From a virus (Duplodnaviria > Caudoviricetes): 57,140 nucleotides of DNA. The translations under genes and the position numbers were made by a program. The notes beneath the pieces are model-generated. The model searched no databases, was not told the DNA's origin, and saw only the letters and a list, made by a program, of their open reading frames with translations. The stretch is taken from IMG/VR virus record IMGVR_UViG_3300024054_000020, positions 1 through 57,140 of that record; one strand, 5' to 3'. Positions 1 to 10,755 of this stretch are shown in pieces (positions within the stretch are counted from its first letter, which is position 1; each line of letters opens with the position of its first letter).

Positions 1-1
1 G

Positions 2-235
2 ATATATGGTGCATCAACATATTCATTAGGAAACGGCGCAGAAGGGCAAACAAAGTATATCTATCTAAAATCAATTGATACAGGTGGGTCTAGCGCAACG
101 ATAACTGTAGCTAATGGTCTTGGATTCAATAGAATTGGTTTGTCTATTGCAGTGGGTGATGGTTGTACCTTAAAATATCTAAACTCAAAGTGGATTTGTG
201 TAGGTAACAACGGAGTTTCTCTAACGACAGTATGA
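2..235 (+). CDS. 3' end of a truncated gene, possibly virion/structural protein
   Basis: Open frame from the window edge (IYGASTYSLGNGAEGQTKYIYL...VSLTTV*); TGA overlaps the next ATG (ATGA). Confidence 0.6.
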   Translation: MYGASTYSLGNGAEGQTKYIYLKSIDTGGSSATITVANGLGFNRIGLSIAVGDGCTLKYLNSKWICVGNNGVSLTTV

Positions 236-609
236 ATGATGATGTTGTTTTTTTGGTTAACGGAAACATTTTACCATTAGCATTGAAGTATTATGAAAAC
301 CCTCAATGCACCACAATTTCCGAATTTGAAAATGACTTTAACAGGTTTAAATACGTTAAAAAGTTATTCAATCGATCGGATGGTGATGTTAGATTAATAT
401 TAAACCACATTGTAGTGTTGTATAACGTATTTGATAGGACGGCATGTACCAAAATGTTATTTTCGTATCTCAATTCAGATATGTGGTCAAAACTAAAAAC
501 AATATTGACATACTTAAATGTAATGCCAGAGAAAATAGCTGAACTATCTATTATATCCTCCAATATACCATTGGACAGTAGAATTGTAGATGAGTTGAGG
601 AAAATATGA
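232..609 (+). CDS. conserved T4-like phage hypothetical protein
   Basis: ORF; YYENPQC...EFENDFNRFKYVKKLF...LILNHIVVLYNVF motif recalled from T4-like phages. Confidence 0.75.
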   Translation: MNDDVVFLVNGNILPLALKYYENPQCTTISEFENDFNRFKYVKKLFNRSDGDVRLILNHIVVLYNVFDRTACTKMLFSYLNSDMWSKLKTILTYLNVMPEKIAELSIISSNIPLDSRIVDELRKI

Positions 610-1124
610 CAACCCCAGCAATAGTTGACAACGCAATTGCTATAAGAATAGTATATTTACTACAACTTCCATTTACAGACTTTGACGCCTATGAGTTGGG
701 TGTTATAGATAAAGATGGTAATGTATTAAAACCTGTCTCAGATATGACAGATAAGGAGAAGAATAGTTGCACCCTCCTCCATCGTCTTATTTTCAGAATA
801 AAGCGTCTATTAGCAAAGTTACCAGGTGGAGATTCTAGACTAAAATCCTTAGTAGCATCTTTCCTACTAATGAGAGAGTGTCTTGAGAATGGTAATGATG
901 ATATTACAGAAGAAAAAATATTGCAGTTGTCAGAATTACTAACAGATGATGAAATTAGTCTATATGAAGAAATTGCCTCCACAGCTGTCGCCAATGTGCA
1001 AGGATTAAATTCAGAACCAATAGTCAGAAAAAAACCTGCTATGGTCAGAAGAAACGAAAAATATAAGTATCCTAAGTTTAAGGAATTCAAAAATGGTTCC
1101 ATTAACAACACCAATCATAACTAA
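606..1124 (+). CDS. conserved T4-like phage hypothetical protein
   Basis: ORF coupled to upstream gene; AYELGVIDKDG motif. Confidence 0.7.
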   Translation: MTTPAIVDNAIAIRIVYLLQLPFTDFDAYELGVIDKDGNVLKPVSDMTDKEKNSCTLLHRLIFRIKRLLAKLPGGDSRLKSLVASFLLMRECLENGNDDITEEKILQLSELLTDDEISLYEEIASTAVANVQGLNSEPIVRKKPAMVRRNEKYKYPKFKEFKNGSINNTNHN

Positions 1125-1473
1125 ATTTATTTCATCTGTATTCACTAAATTAGGTGTTAGAGGGATTTTAGTTATTGCTCTAATGTCAGCTGTGGGTGTT
1201 CAATCATTAATAATTAACAAGAATAGAGAAACCATAGTTGAATTGAAGGTGAAGAATAAAAAACTAACAGATGATGCAAACACAGCGGCTAATGAGAGTA
1301 AGGATTTGCAGGACAGAATAGATAAAGCACAAAAAGAAAATAAAACACTAACAATCACCATAGAAAAATTGAAAAAGGATTTGATGAATAAACCAATTCC
1401 GACAAATTGTTCCGGAATGATTAATGAAACAAGGGAAGTCAATGATAGGGCAATACAATTATGGAAAAAATAA
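1093..1473 (+). CDS. putative i-spanin (Rz-like)
   Basis: N-terminal TM helix plus coiled coil; overlaps downstream lipoprotein gene. Confidence 0.6.
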   Translation: MVPLTTPIITKFISSVFTKLGVRGILVIALMSAVGVQSLIINKNRETIVELKVKNKKLTDDANTAANESKDLQDRIDKAQKENKTLTITIEKLKKDLMNKPIPTNCSGMINETREVNDRAIQLWKK

Positions 1474-1706
1474 TCATACTTGTTTGTTCCCTATTTTTAT
1501 GTGGATGTTGGGGCACCACAAAATACATCTATAAAACACCAGACTTTGAAATGCCCGCGCGACCAGAACTCAGACCCAATGTTGATGATGATGGACAACA
1601 GATCAGGAATAACTCATTGAATTATTTGGATGTTATTGAGTATTCCCTTAAGTTGGAAAACATTTTGATCGAAATAAAATCGAAGAGTGGCCTCGCAGAA
1701 GATTGA
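1461..1706 (+). CDS. putative o-spanin lipoprotein (Rz1-like)
   Basis: Signal peptide with lipobox LCGC, Pro-rich segment. Confidence 0.6.
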   Translation: MEKIIILVCSLFLCGCWGTTKYIYKTPDFEMPARPELRPNVDDDGQQIRNNSLNYLDVIEYSLKLENILIEIKSKSGLAED

Positions 1707-1759
1707 AATTGCATTTTAATTGAAGTTGTTATATAATGGTATATTATTGGGAGTAGTGT

Positions 1760-2791
1760 ATGCTGTGGGTTGATCTAAAATTTTTGAAGATGATTGCTTA
1801 TCGTTTGGAGGGTTTCAAGGAAAAGAAACCCAACGAACTATACAATCTAAGATGCCCTATCTGCGGTGATTCCTCAAAAAATAACAGAAAACGAAGAGGG
1901 TTTTTCTACGTTCGTTCCTCAAATCTAAACTACATGTGCCATAATTGTGGTGCATCAATGTCGTTTGGTTCCTTTTTGAAGCAATTTGATGGTAACCTAC
2001 ATCGCTCATTCTTACTCGAAAAATTCAGTAAGGACAAATCAGAAACACTTACTTTGCCTAAGGTTGAGGTTGAACCCGAATCAGTAGAATCAACCAATAT
2101 TTTCGCAAAACTAAAGCGAGTATCCGATTTGGATGTATCTCATGTTGCCTATCAATATTTGAGTTCACGACAAATCCCCAGAGATAGGTGGGATGATATA
2201 TACTTTGTTCCCAATTTTGTCGCATGGGCGAAAAAGCATGTACCAGATAAGTTTCCTAATAAGGTAATACTAGACCATGCAAGGTTGATTTTACCATGGC
2301 GGAATACAGAAAAGGTCGCAACAGCGTACTCTGCTAGGTCATTGGGTTCGGTTGAGCCAAAATACTACACGATTCCTTTGGTTGAAGATAAAGGTTTCTT
2401 TGGTTTGGATCGTGTAGATTTTAATAAGCGAATCTACGTTTTGGAAGGTGCTATGGATTCAATGTGCCTTCCAAATAGTGTTGCCGTGGGCACCAGTGCA
2501 TTGTGGAAATTTGCAAGCACTAACGATACTGTATATGTACCAGATAAGGATGTTAGGAATGTTGAAGTAATGAAGGTTGTCAAGCGAATGATTGATGATG
2601 GGTTATCTGTTTGCATGTTGCCCAACGATGATTCTGGGAAGGATATTAACGAAATGGTTAAGTCCGGTATGACAACTTCCGATATTGTTGAATTGATTGA
2701 TGCGAATACTCACCGAGGGCTAAGTGCAGAATTGAAATTTGGCTCATGGTGCAAACTTCCAATGAGGAGATTAACCTTTGAGAGTAATTGA
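1760..2791 (+). CDS. 61: DNA primase (T4 gp61-like)
   Basis: RCPICGDS...CHNCG zinc ribbon; TOPRIM EGAMDS and DKD. Confidence 0.93.
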   Translation: MLWVDLKFLKMIAYRLEGFKEKKPNELYNLRCPICGDSSKNNRKRRGFFYVRSSNLNYMCHNCGASMSFGSFLKQFDGNLHRSFLLEKFSKDKSETLTLPKVEVEPESVESTNIFAKLKRVSDLDVSHVAYQYLSSRQIPRDRWDDIYFVPNFVAWAKKHVPDKFPNKVILDHARLILPWRNTEKVATAYSARSLGSVEPKYYTIPLVEDKGFFGLDRVDFNKRIYVLEGAMDSMCLPNSVAVGTSALWKFASTNDTVYVPDKDVRNVEVMKVVKRMIDDGLSVCMLPNDDSGKDINEMVKSGMTTSDIVELIDANTHRGLSAELKFGSWCKLPMRRLTFESN

Positions 2792-3434
2792 CCCAAGTGT
2801 TATAATAATTGATTGCAGTAACATAATGCGAACCATCGAACGAGGTGGTCGCATTTGTTATAAGTCAGAAGATAAGATATGTGAAGGATCCGATGCTCAA
2901 CTGATAAAACGATTGAAAAATATGAAACACGAAAGTGTTTTAGAGCATTCATTAATTACTGTGCAGATCGTCACTGATCGAGGTGTCACTCACGAATTGG
3001 TTCGCCATCGACTGTGTGCCTTCTCTCAAGAGAGTACTAGGTACTGTAATTATGGTAAGGACAAATTTGGCGGTGTGACCTTCATTCGGCCTTATTTCTT
3101 TTCACAGACAAACCCACACCTGTACAACTTATGGGTTGAATCATGCCAAAAAGCGGAAAGCACATATTTGGATATGCTAAAAAACGGAGCAACGGCGCAG
3201 GAGGCTAGATCAGTACTACCCAATTCGTTGAAAACAGAAATACAAGTTTCTGCCAATGTTAGGGAGTGGAATCATATTTTCAAATTGCGAACTCATAGGG
3301 ATGCCCATCCGCAGATGCAACAAATCATGATTCCGTTAGCACAAAACTTTTATAGTCGGTGGCCGTTTCTTTTTGAGGAAGAATATTTCCATTTAAGCCA
3401 CCCAAACCCAGCTAATATTATTTGGGAAGTATAA
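2778..3434 (+). CDS. thyX: FAD-dependent thymidylate synthase
   Basis: HESVLEH, ELVRHR, SQESTRY motifs. Confidence 0.95.
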   Translation: MRVIDPSVIIIDCSNIMRTIERGGRICYKSEDKICEGSDAQLIKRLKNMKHESVLEHSLITVQIVTDRGVTHELVRHRLCAFSQESTRYCNYGKDKFGGVTFIRPYFFSQTNPHLYNLWVESCQKAESTYLDMLKNGATAQEARSVLPNSLKTEIQVSANVREWNHIFKLRTHRDAHPQMQQIMIPLAQNFYSRWPFLFEEEYFHLSHPNPANIIWEV

Positions 3435-3613
3435 TGCCAATATATAAATTTAGGTGTGTTAACTGTGACTACACAGAAGAAAAATTACAGAAATTAAACG
3501 ATCCACATCCAAGATGTCCTTGTGGATTTATTATGGTGAAGGCTCTCACCACACCAGGATCATTTAATCTAAAGGGAAAAGGGTTTTATAAAAATGATTA
3601 TAAAGGAAAATGA
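3434..3613 (+). CDS. FmdB-family zinc ribbon protein
   Basis: MPIYKFRCVNC...CPC...KGKGFYKNDY. Confidence 0.8.
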   Translation: MPIYKFRCVNCDYTEEKLQKLNDPHPRCPCGFIMVKALTTPGSFNLKGKGFYKNDYKGK

Positions 3614-4081
3614 ATGTTAAGAGATATTGAAATAATTTTATTAAACCAACGAGCTATTATTCCTACGTATGGGACACCATACTCAGCGGGGTTGGACTTG
3701 TATGCTTGTTTGGATGAACCAGTGATCATACCTTCTGGATCACCCTCGGTATTAATACCAACAGGTATTCAAATAAACATGATGACTGTAACCGAAGAGT
3801 GTGTTGGGTGTATTTTTCCTAGATCTGGTTTGGGGCATAAAGAAGGCGTAGTTCTTGGAAATCTAACTGGTGTAATAGATCAAGATTATCATGGAGAAAT
3901 AATGGTTTCTTTGTGGAATCGAAACAACCCAACATTCTGCAAGGATCGAATCATTCAGCACGGCGATAGAATAGCGCAATTAGTTATATTCCCAATCATC
4001 AGGTCACAACCAAAAATTGTTAGTGTGTTTTCTAGTTCTACCGACCGAGGTGCTGGTGGATTTGGAAGTACCGGTAGATAA
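3614..4081 (+). CDS. dut: trimeric dUTPase
   Basis: AGLDL, RSGLG, GVIDQDYHGE, RGAGGFGSTG motifs. Confidence 0.95.
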   Translation: MLRDIEIILLNQRAIIPTYGTPYSAGLDLYACLDEPVIIPSGSPSVLIPTGIQINMMTVTEECVGCIFPRSGLGHKEGVVLGNLTGVIDQDYHGEIMVSLWNRNNPTFCKDRIIQHGDRIAQLVIFPIIRSQPKIVSVFSSSTDRGAGGFGSTGR

Positions 4082-4090
4082 GGAGATTAA

Positions 4091-5998
4091 ATGAAAAATA
4101 ATAAGATGACAGATTACCAGCATTACATCGCATCCAGCAGATATTCACGCTTCCTACCAGAAAAGAATAGGAGAGAAACGTGGGAAGAAACTGTTATCAG
4201 ATATTGTGATTTCTGGAAAGATAGGTTTGGTGATAAATTTCCGTATGAATTGGTGCATGATGCAATACTTAATTTAAAAGTAATGCCATCAATGCGGGCA
4301 TTGATGACTGCAGGAAAAGCACTTGAACGAGATGAGATGGCTGGGTATAATTGTGCATACATTGCAGTTGATGACTTGAGGGCGTTTGATGAAACTATGT
4401 ACGCACTAATGTGTGGTACTGGAATAGGATTTTCGGTTGAGAGACAAATTATTTCGGAACTACCCATTGTAGCAGAAGAATTTCATTATTCGGATACGAC
4501 AATCAAAGTAAAAGATTCAAAGATTGGTTGGGCGGCAGCGTTCAAAGAACTAATTTCAATGTTACAGTCAGGGCAAATTCCTAAATGGGACCTATCCGCA
4601 CTAAGGCCTGCTGGATCTCCATTAAAAACATTTGGTGGTCGAAGTTCGGGTCCAGAACCACTCAATGAATTGTTTAAATTCACAGTTAGACTTTTTGCAA
4701 ATGCTAAGGGTAGAAAGTTAAATAGTCTTGAATGTCATGACTTAATGAACATGATCGCATCATGTATTGTTGTAGGTGGTGTTCGTCGAAGTGCACTTAT
4801 TTCTCTATCAAACCTAACAGACGATCGAATTAGAAATTGCAAGACTGGTCAGTGGTGGATTGATAATCCACAACGAGCACTTTCAAACAATTCTGTGGCA
4901 TACACCGAAAAACCAGAAATTGGTTCATTTATGGAAGAATGGATTTCGTTGTATAATTCCAAATCTGGTGAGCGAGGATTATTCAATAGATTGGGTGCCA
5001 TCAAAAAGATGCAACAACTTGGTAGGCGTGATTGGAAAAAATACGAAGAGATGAATGGTGGAACAAATCCGTGCTCAGAAATATTTCTTCGAAGTAGTGG
5101 ATTGTGCAACTTATCTACTAGTGTTATACGAGAGAACGATACGTTATCGACATTAAAGAAAAAGATTGAAATTGCTACCATTATAGGTACGTTTCAATCA
5201 ACTCTAACTAATTTTAGATATGTTCGTTCGGTGTGGAAAAAGAATGCGGAAGAAGAACGATTGTTGGGTGTATCAATGGTTGGAATTATGGATCATCCGG
5301 TATTGAATGGTATGGAGGGACTCGAAAAAACTGCTGAGTGGTTAGATACACTCAAAAAACATGCCATAGAAACCAATAAACAGTGGGCTGAAATTTTGGG
5401 AATCTCACCATCTGTTGCAGTTACGTGCACGAAACCAGAGGGCACAACCTCACAGTTAGTAGATGCTTCTAGTGGTATTCATCCTAGGTATTCCAAGTAC
5501 TACATTCGTACGGTTCGAAGCGATAAAACAGATCCAATTGGGCAATTCCTAAAGGATCAGGGCATTCATTGTGAAGATGATCTGATGAAACCTGAAAAAA
5601 CTTGGGTGTTTAGTTTCCCAATAAAATCACCCGAACATTGTTTAGTGGCAAGTGATATGTCCGCCATAGATCAATTGGAGCATTACTTAGCGTTTTATAG
5701 GCATTGGGCTGAGCATACTATTTCCATAACCGTGTATGTTAGAGAACATGAATGGTTAGATGTTGGTGCGTGGGTATATAAACACTTTGATGAAATTGGT
5801 GGGATTTCATTCCTTCCATATTCAGAGCACAACTACTTGCAGGCACCGTACCAACCAATTTCAGAGGATGAATATAAAGTTTGGTTGGACAAGACACCAA
5901 CCATTGACTGGACAAAATTCAATGTAAATGAACATGAGGATAACACGGTTTCTACCCAAGCATTAGCATGTACTTCTGGTGTTTGTGAGTTAATATGA
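4091..5998 (+). CDS. nrdJ: class II (B12-dependent) ribonucleotide reductase
   Basis: TNPCSE, GGVRRSA, KPEGT, C-terminal CxxxxC; no beta-subunit gene adjacent. Confidence 0.9.
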   Translation: MKNNKMTDYQHYIASSRYSRFLPEKNRRETWEETVIRYCDFWKDRFGDKFPYELVHDAILNLKVMPSMRALMTAGKALERDEMAGYNCAYIAVDDLRAFDETMYALMCGTGIGFSVERQIISELPIVAEEFHYSDTTIKVKDSKIGWAAAFKELISMLQSGQIPKWDLSALRPAGSPLKTFGGRSSGPEPLNELFKFTVRLFANAKGRKLNSLECHDLMNMIASCIVVGGVRRSALISLSNLTDDRIRNCKTGQWWIDNPQRALSNNSVAYTEKPEIGSFMEEWISLYNSKSGERGLFNRLGAIKKMQQLGRRDWKKYEEMNGGTNPCSEIFLRSSGLCNLSTSVIRENDTLSTLKKKIEIATIIGTFQSTLTNFRYVRSVWKKNAEEERLLGVSMVGIMDHPVLNGMEGLEKTAEWLDTLKKHAIETNKQWAEILGISPSVAVTCTKPEGTTSQLVDASSGIHPRYSKYYIRTVRSDKTDPIGQFLKDQGIHCEDDLMKPEKTWVFSFPIKSPEHCLVASDMSAIDQLEHYLAFYRHWAEHTISITVYVREHEWLDVGAWVYKHFDEIGGISFLPYSEHNYLQAPYQPISEDEYKVWLDKTPTIDWTKFNVNEHEDNTVSTQALACTSGVCELI

Positions 5999-6144
5999 GA
6001 AAAAAATACTATTGCTATTCGTGTGACAATGAATTCACCGTTATCTGCTCCGAACAAATTTCGTTTTGTCCAATTTGTTCGGAGTCGATTGAGACAGCAG
6101 ATGAGGATGACGAATCAAACTTCGATTCAACAGAATTTGCTTAA
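5995..6144 (+). CDS. small zinc-ribbon protein with acidic tail (49 aa, below ORF-track cutoff)
   Basis: MRKKYYCYSC...FCPICSE...; ATGA-coupled to RNR. Confidence 0.65.
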   Translation: MRKKYYCYSCDNEFTVICSEQISFCPICSESIETADEDDESNFDSTEFA

Positions 6145-6573
6145 GCTGTAATTCAACTCAGAAATAAATTGCTCTTGCTTTTCGATGTGTTTTTTGAATA
6201 CTCTAGATCTGATATTTGAGTTGATCCATTTATCAGATTCTAGTACACCTAAATAATACAATGCTTTTTCTTCTGCATAATTTAGTGCCGATTTTGTTTT
6301 GCAGAACATTATTATTTCTCGTTTGAAATTATCAGTGCCCTCTTTTTCTATCATTTCCTGCAGAATAGGGCTAGATGACCAATAATCTTGCCAGTCTGAT
6401 GGTTTTCTTATCTTTTTCTTTTTACCTTTAACTATCTGTGTTGCTGCTTTAGTTAAAAGTTTTTTGCCTATGTATTTCTTACCAGAAGGAATGTGAGTTA
6501 TTTGATAGAGAAACCCAATTGCATCGTATGGCATCATTGCCGTATTTAGAGGAAAGTTGCAGTATAACCACAT
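6127..6573 (-). CDS. GIY-YIG family endonuclease
   Basis: GFLYQIT...KKYIGKK, YWSSS; probable start MWLY. Confidence 0.75.
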   Translation of the reverse strand: MWLYCNFPLNTAMMPYDAIGFLYQITHIPSGKKYIGKKLLTKAATQIVKGKKKKIRKPSDWQDYWSSSPILQEMIEKEGTDNFKREIIMFCKTKSALNYAEEKALYYLGVLESDKWINSNIRSRVFKKHIEKQEQFISELNYSLSKFC

Positions 6574-6633
6574 AGATTTACATAAAAGTGTTGTAACTTG
6601 ATTATTTATTGTGTCTAATGTATAATTATTTTT

Positions 6634-6906
6634 ATGCATAACGAAATTAAAACTTCGAGTGACTGGGCAGCTGTCAGAGACCGACTAATCAACAATATGA
6701 GTGGGTCGAATTACAATTCTAGTGGTCGGAAATTTATCGACAACATCAATAATAGTATTATCATTTTGGCTAATTACGAAATTGATTGCAAACGATGGCA
6801 CAGAAAACTAGAGAATTCTAATAGACATCAAAAATTGGTTAACGATATAAACGAAAGTATTAAATTAGTTGAAAATTTGTGTCTAATGTCAATGTTATCT
6901 AAATAA
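6634..6906 (+). CDS. hypothetical protein
   Basis: ORF after TGTATAAT box. Confidence 0.6.
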   Translation: MHNEIKTSSDWAAVRDRLINNMSGSNYNSSGRKFIDNINNSIIILANYEIDCKRWHRKLENSNRHQKLVNDINESIKLVENLCLMSMLSK

Positions 6907-6917
6907 AAGGAACTAGC

Positions 6918-7217
6918 ATGAGATGTTTTTGGAATTGGTTGGCGGGCAAGATTCTTAAAGAAAAATATAGTGATGGTGTGATTCGTGAGGATAGGATTAA
7001 GGTCCCATCCAGAATAAGTTCTTCACCTGAATCTATCCCCGTTAATATAGGTTTTGAATTGACTGTTGCCGAAGGTGGTATTGTTATGCGAACAACCACC
7101 TTCAAGGATCATGGTGATTATCCAGAACGAAAAATGTATTTGCTTCACGACAGCGACCATGAGAATTTATCTCTAGAGATCGGTCGAATTGTTGCACTCC
7201 ATATTCTTAAATTATGA
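6918..7217 (+). CDS. hypothetical protein
   Basis: ORF with AAGGA RBS. Confidence 0.65.
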   Translation: MRCFWNWLAGKILKEKYSDGVIREDRIKVPSRISSSPESIPVNIGFELTVAEGGIVMRTTTFKDHGDYPERKMYLLHDSDHENLSLEIGRIVALHILKL

Positions 7218-7843
7218 CACACACAGAGACAGTTCTTGCACCAACATTCGAACTGCATCCCGAGGCGGCAGTTTATAAATCTTATTTTGGACTAAACCTG
7301 AAAATGGGTCCATGGGTAGCGGGTGGGGCTGTACGCAGATGGATTGAGAATAAACCCGTTGATAGTGACATTGATGTTTTCTTTGCTAACGAAGCTCAAC
7401 TATTAAGAGTGAAGGATAAAATAGAACAAATTGGTCAATATAATCAAATTGTTGAAGACCCTCGTTTGCCCATGTTGAGAGGTACACGAGGGCCCATAGT
7501 TAAATCCGAAAATGCTCTTACGTATAAGATAGACAACGATAAAACAGTGCAATTAATCAAGAGAAGGTGGTATGACTCAGCCGAAGATGTTATTAATGAC
7601 TTTGATATAACAGTCTGTCAGTTCTTGACAGATGGATCCTCTGTCTTATACACGCAAACTGCCTTGGAAGATTTGAAAACAAAAACATTGAGATTTCGAA
7701 AATTAGCACAAAATTCGTTTTGCCGTTTGATAAAGTACAGATGCTATGGGTTTGAACCAACAAAACAGGTACTAGATCAGTTTGATAAGAATATCACTGA
7801 TATACAAGTAACTAATTTGAGCGATATAGATGGCACATATTGA
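7214..7843 (+). CDS. nucleotidyltransferase (CCA-adding/poly(A) polymerase head-like)
   Basis: WVAGGAVR...DSDIDVFF and FDITVCQ motifs. Confidence 0.75.
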   Translation: MTHTETVLAPTFELHPEAAVYKSYFGLNLKMGPWVAGGAVRRWIENKPVDSDIDVFFANEAQLLRVKDKIEQIGQYNQIVEDPRLPMLRGTRGPIVKSENALTYKIDNDKTVQLIKRRWYDSAEDVINDFDITVCQFLTDGSSVLYTQTALEDLKTKTLRFRKLAQNSFCRLIKYRCYGFEPTKQVLDQFDKNITDIQVTNLSDIDGTY

Positions 7844-8198
7844 TGCAGTAAAAGCATGGTCTTTACTAAACACCAATCGTCCGGTGTTATGTCACGATCC
7901 GAAAACCAATACATATTTTTCTTGTTGGTGTGGAACGATTATGACAAAAGAATATGCTCTAGCATTATTCACCAGTATTGTATCTCGTGCTATTATTACA
8001 TATTCCATGAGAATGTCTCTACATGAAGAGGCAAAACATATATCAAATAAAATACCAATGTCGTTAGACAGCGATGCGTTTACAACTTGGCATAAGCTAT
8101 CTTATGACATAATGACGAAAATGATTGAATCCACAGATGTGTGGCATGATTGTAAATACTTGTTGGACAACGAAAATGCAGTAGATGTTGAATTTTAA
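7830..8198 (+). CDS. hypothetical protein
   Basis: ORF in operon. Confidence 0.55.
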   Translation: MAHIDAVKAWSLLNTNRPVLCHDPKTNTYFSCWCGTIMTKEYALALFTSIVSRAIITYSMRMSLHEEAKHISNKIPMSLDSDAFTTWHKLSYDIMTKMIESTDVWHDCKYLLDNENAVDVEF

Positions 8199-8248
8199 TT
8201 AAAACTTCTGTACAATGTAGTTGTAACTTTTTATAATGGGGGTATTTC

Positions 8249-9355
8249 GTGACTAATGTAAGTGAAAGACGAGCAATTTCGATTAAGCGCCTGAAACGAT
8301 CAATCGAGCGATGCATCAGGGTGAAACGTCCGGTGTTTATCTGGGGGCCGCCAGGTATCGGAAAGTCTGATACAGTCGCACAACTATGCAGAGAGATGGG
8401 TGGATTTTTGTATGATATTCGTCTATCATTAATGGAACCTACAGACTTGCGTGGTATCCCCTATTACAACAAGGATACTGGCAGAATGGAATGGGCACCA
8501 CCTATCGATCTTCCTGATCCGGAGGTGTGCAAGAAATATCCGATCGTGTTTTTATTTTTCGACGAGATGAATAGTGCTTCTCCGGCTAGTCAGGCTGCAT
8601 GTTACCAGATTGCACTAAATCGTCGAATTGGTACATACAAGTTGCCCGACAACGTTGTTATCATTGCAGCGGGTAATCGGGATGGTGACCGAGGTGTAAC
8701 ATTCAGAATGCCCACACCATTGGCAAACCGCTTAGTTCACTTCGAACTAAAAGTTGATTTTGATTCGTGGGAAGAATGGGCAGTCAACAATCGAATTCAC
8801 AAAGACGTCGTCGGCTTCATCTCATTCAGTAAGAATTCGTTGTATGATTTCGATCCTAAGAGTAATGAGCATTCATTTGCCACACCGAGGTCGTGGGAAT
8901 TCGTTAGCCAGTTACTTTCAGATTCCATCGATGAAGTTACAATGACGGATATTATTTCGGGTACCATTGGCGAAGGATTGGCGTTGAAATTTCTGGCGCA
9001 CCGTAAGGTTGCTGGAAAACTACCAAAACCATCAAAAATCATTGATGGAACTGAAACGATTCTTGATACAAAAGAAATCTCAGCACAATACAGCGTTGCT
9101 GTTGGATGCTGTTATGAATTGCAAGACTTGTGGCAAAAAGTTGGGAAAACCAAAAAGGAGGAACAATTCCATAGTGGCACAAACAACTTTATGTCCTTTG
9201 TGATGGATAATTTCCAAACTGAGGTTGCGGTGATGGCAATTCGAACTGCACTAGTTACCTACAAGCTACCATTTGATCCTAGGAAAATGTCTAAGTTTGA
9301 CGAGTTTTACAACAAGTATGGTAAGCTGATTGTCCAGGCAAACTCAAATGGTTAA
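8249..9355 (+). CDS. MoxR-like AAA+ ATPase
   Basis: GPPGIGKS Walker A, LFFDE Walker B, AAGNR, LANR. Confidence 0.88.
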   Translation: MTNVSERRAISIKRLKRSIERCIRVKRPVFIWGPPGIGKSDTVAQLCREMGGFLYDIRLSLMEPTDLRGIPYYNKDTGRMEWAPPIDLPDPEVCKKYPIVFLFFDEMNSASPASQAACYQIALNRRIGTYKLPDNVVIIAAGNRDGDRGVTFRMPTPLANRLVHFELKVDFDSWEEWAVNNRIHKDVVGFISFSKNSLYDFDPKSNEHSFATPRSWEFVSQLLSDSIDEVTMTDIISGTIGEGLALKFLAHRKVAGKLPKPSKIIDGTETILDTKEISAQYSVAVGCCYELQDLWQKVGKTKKEEQFHSGTNNFMSFVMDNFQTEVAVMAIRTALVTYKLPFDPRKMSKFDEFYNKYGKLIVQANSNG

Positions 9356-9563
9356 AGCCTCAACAGTATCGAGTAATATATTTAACAGAATCTATAACAA
9401 GCAGTATGAGTCCCAACATCAACAATGGGAAATGGTTATCGAAGCATCAAAACACGATCCTTTTTTGGAAGAACTTCTGAATAAGGCACTCGTATATTGG
9501 AAATTAAAATATGACCAACCAAATGAAACCACCAATGATGCAGAAACAGGATCATCCATCTAA
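9348..9563 (+). CDS. hypothetical protein
   Basis: Small coupled ORF. Confidence 0.5.
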   Translation: MVKASTVSSNIFNRIYNKQYESQHQQWEMVIEASKHDPFLEELLNKALVYWKLKYDQPNETTNDAETGSSI

Positions 9564-10755
9564 ACCCAATAACGAATTGGATGTAAAGATTCGTGAAAAA
9601 CTAGTCGTTGCCAGGATTGGTTTGTTGATGAAGCAACCATTCTTTGGTAACATGGCAACTCGGCTTGAATTAACCAATGCAGATGATTGGTGCCCAACAG
9701 CAGCCACTGATGGTCGTAAGTTTTATTACAATACCTCATTTGTGGATAAATTGTCAGTTGGTGAGTGTGAATTTTTATTTGGTCACGAAGTATATCATGT
9801 ATGTTTCGATCATATGGATCGTTTTGGTGATAGAAATAAACTGATAGCAAATATTGCCGCAGACTATGTCGTTAACGATGAATTGATTTTACAACGCATC
9901 GGAACGAAAATAACATCAACAAAAATACTTCATGATATTAAATATCGTGGTTGGTCGTTCGAGCAGGTATACGAAGATCTAATAAAAAATGCAACTAAAA
10001 TAGATATTCAACTTCTAGGTGAATCTGTATTAGATCAACATTTGGATGGGTCTGGGACGGATAACGATGGTAATGGTAACAACTCACCAAAAATTTCTGA
10101 GGAGATGCGTCAGCAAATAAAGGATGAAATAAGGGAAGCAATTCTTAGTTCCGCCGAGGCTGCCGCCGGAAACTGTCCGGATAGTATTAAGCGCCTGGTC
10201 AATCAATTAACCGAACCTAAAATAAATTGGAGGGAGTTGATTAGTCAACAAGTTGAGAGTTGCGCTAGGGTAGATTATTCATGGACTAGACCAAACAGGA
10301 GAAGCTGGCATATTGATGCAATTTTGCCGGGAATGATACCCGGGACATCCATTGACATTGCAGTTGCAATTGATAATTCGGGATCTATCACTAAGGAGAT
10401 GCTAACAGATTTCCTTTCTGAGGTGAAGGGTATTATGGATTCGTTTGATGAATTTAAATTAAACGTTTGGTGTTTTGATACTGCGGTTCATAATCAAATC
10501 GAATTCACTCAAAATAGTTCTGATGATATACTTTCATACGAAATAATGGGTGGTGGCGGAACGTCGTTTCAATGCAATTGGGATTGGATGAAAGAAAACA
10601 ATATTCAACCCAAGAAATTAATCTTTTTCACAGATGGAGAAAGTTATGATGGTTGGGGAGATTCAGAATATACCGATGTTATCTGGATTATTCATAACGA
10701 AAGAAACAGAGATATTAATCCCACCCATGGATTGGTGTGTAGATACGAAAAATAA
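9511..10755 (+). CDS. metallopeptidase-vWA protein (DUF2201-like), partner of MoxR ATPase
   Basis: TAATDG, HEVYH (HExxH), DNSGS MIDAS, GGGGT, FTDG. Confidence 0.85.
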   Translation: MTNQMKPPMMQKQDHPSKPNNELDVKIREKLVVARIGLLMKQPFFGNMATRLELTNADDWCPTAATDGRKFYYNTSFVDKLSVGECEFLFGHEVYHVCFDHMDRFGDRNKLIANIAADYVVNDELILQRIGTKITSTKILHDIKYRGWSFEQVYEDLIKNATKIDIQLLGESVLDQHLDGSGTDNDGNGNNSPKISEEMRQQIKDEIREAILSSAEAAAGNCPDSIKRLVNQLTEPKINWRELISQQVESCARVDYSWTRPNRRSWHIDAILPGMIPGTSIDIAVAIDNSGSITKEMLTDFLSEVKGIMDSFDEFKLNVWCFDTAVHNQIEFTQNSSDDILSYEIMGGGGTSFQCNWDWMKENNIQPKKLIFFTDGESYDGWGDSEYTDVIWIIHNERNRDINPTHGLVCRYEK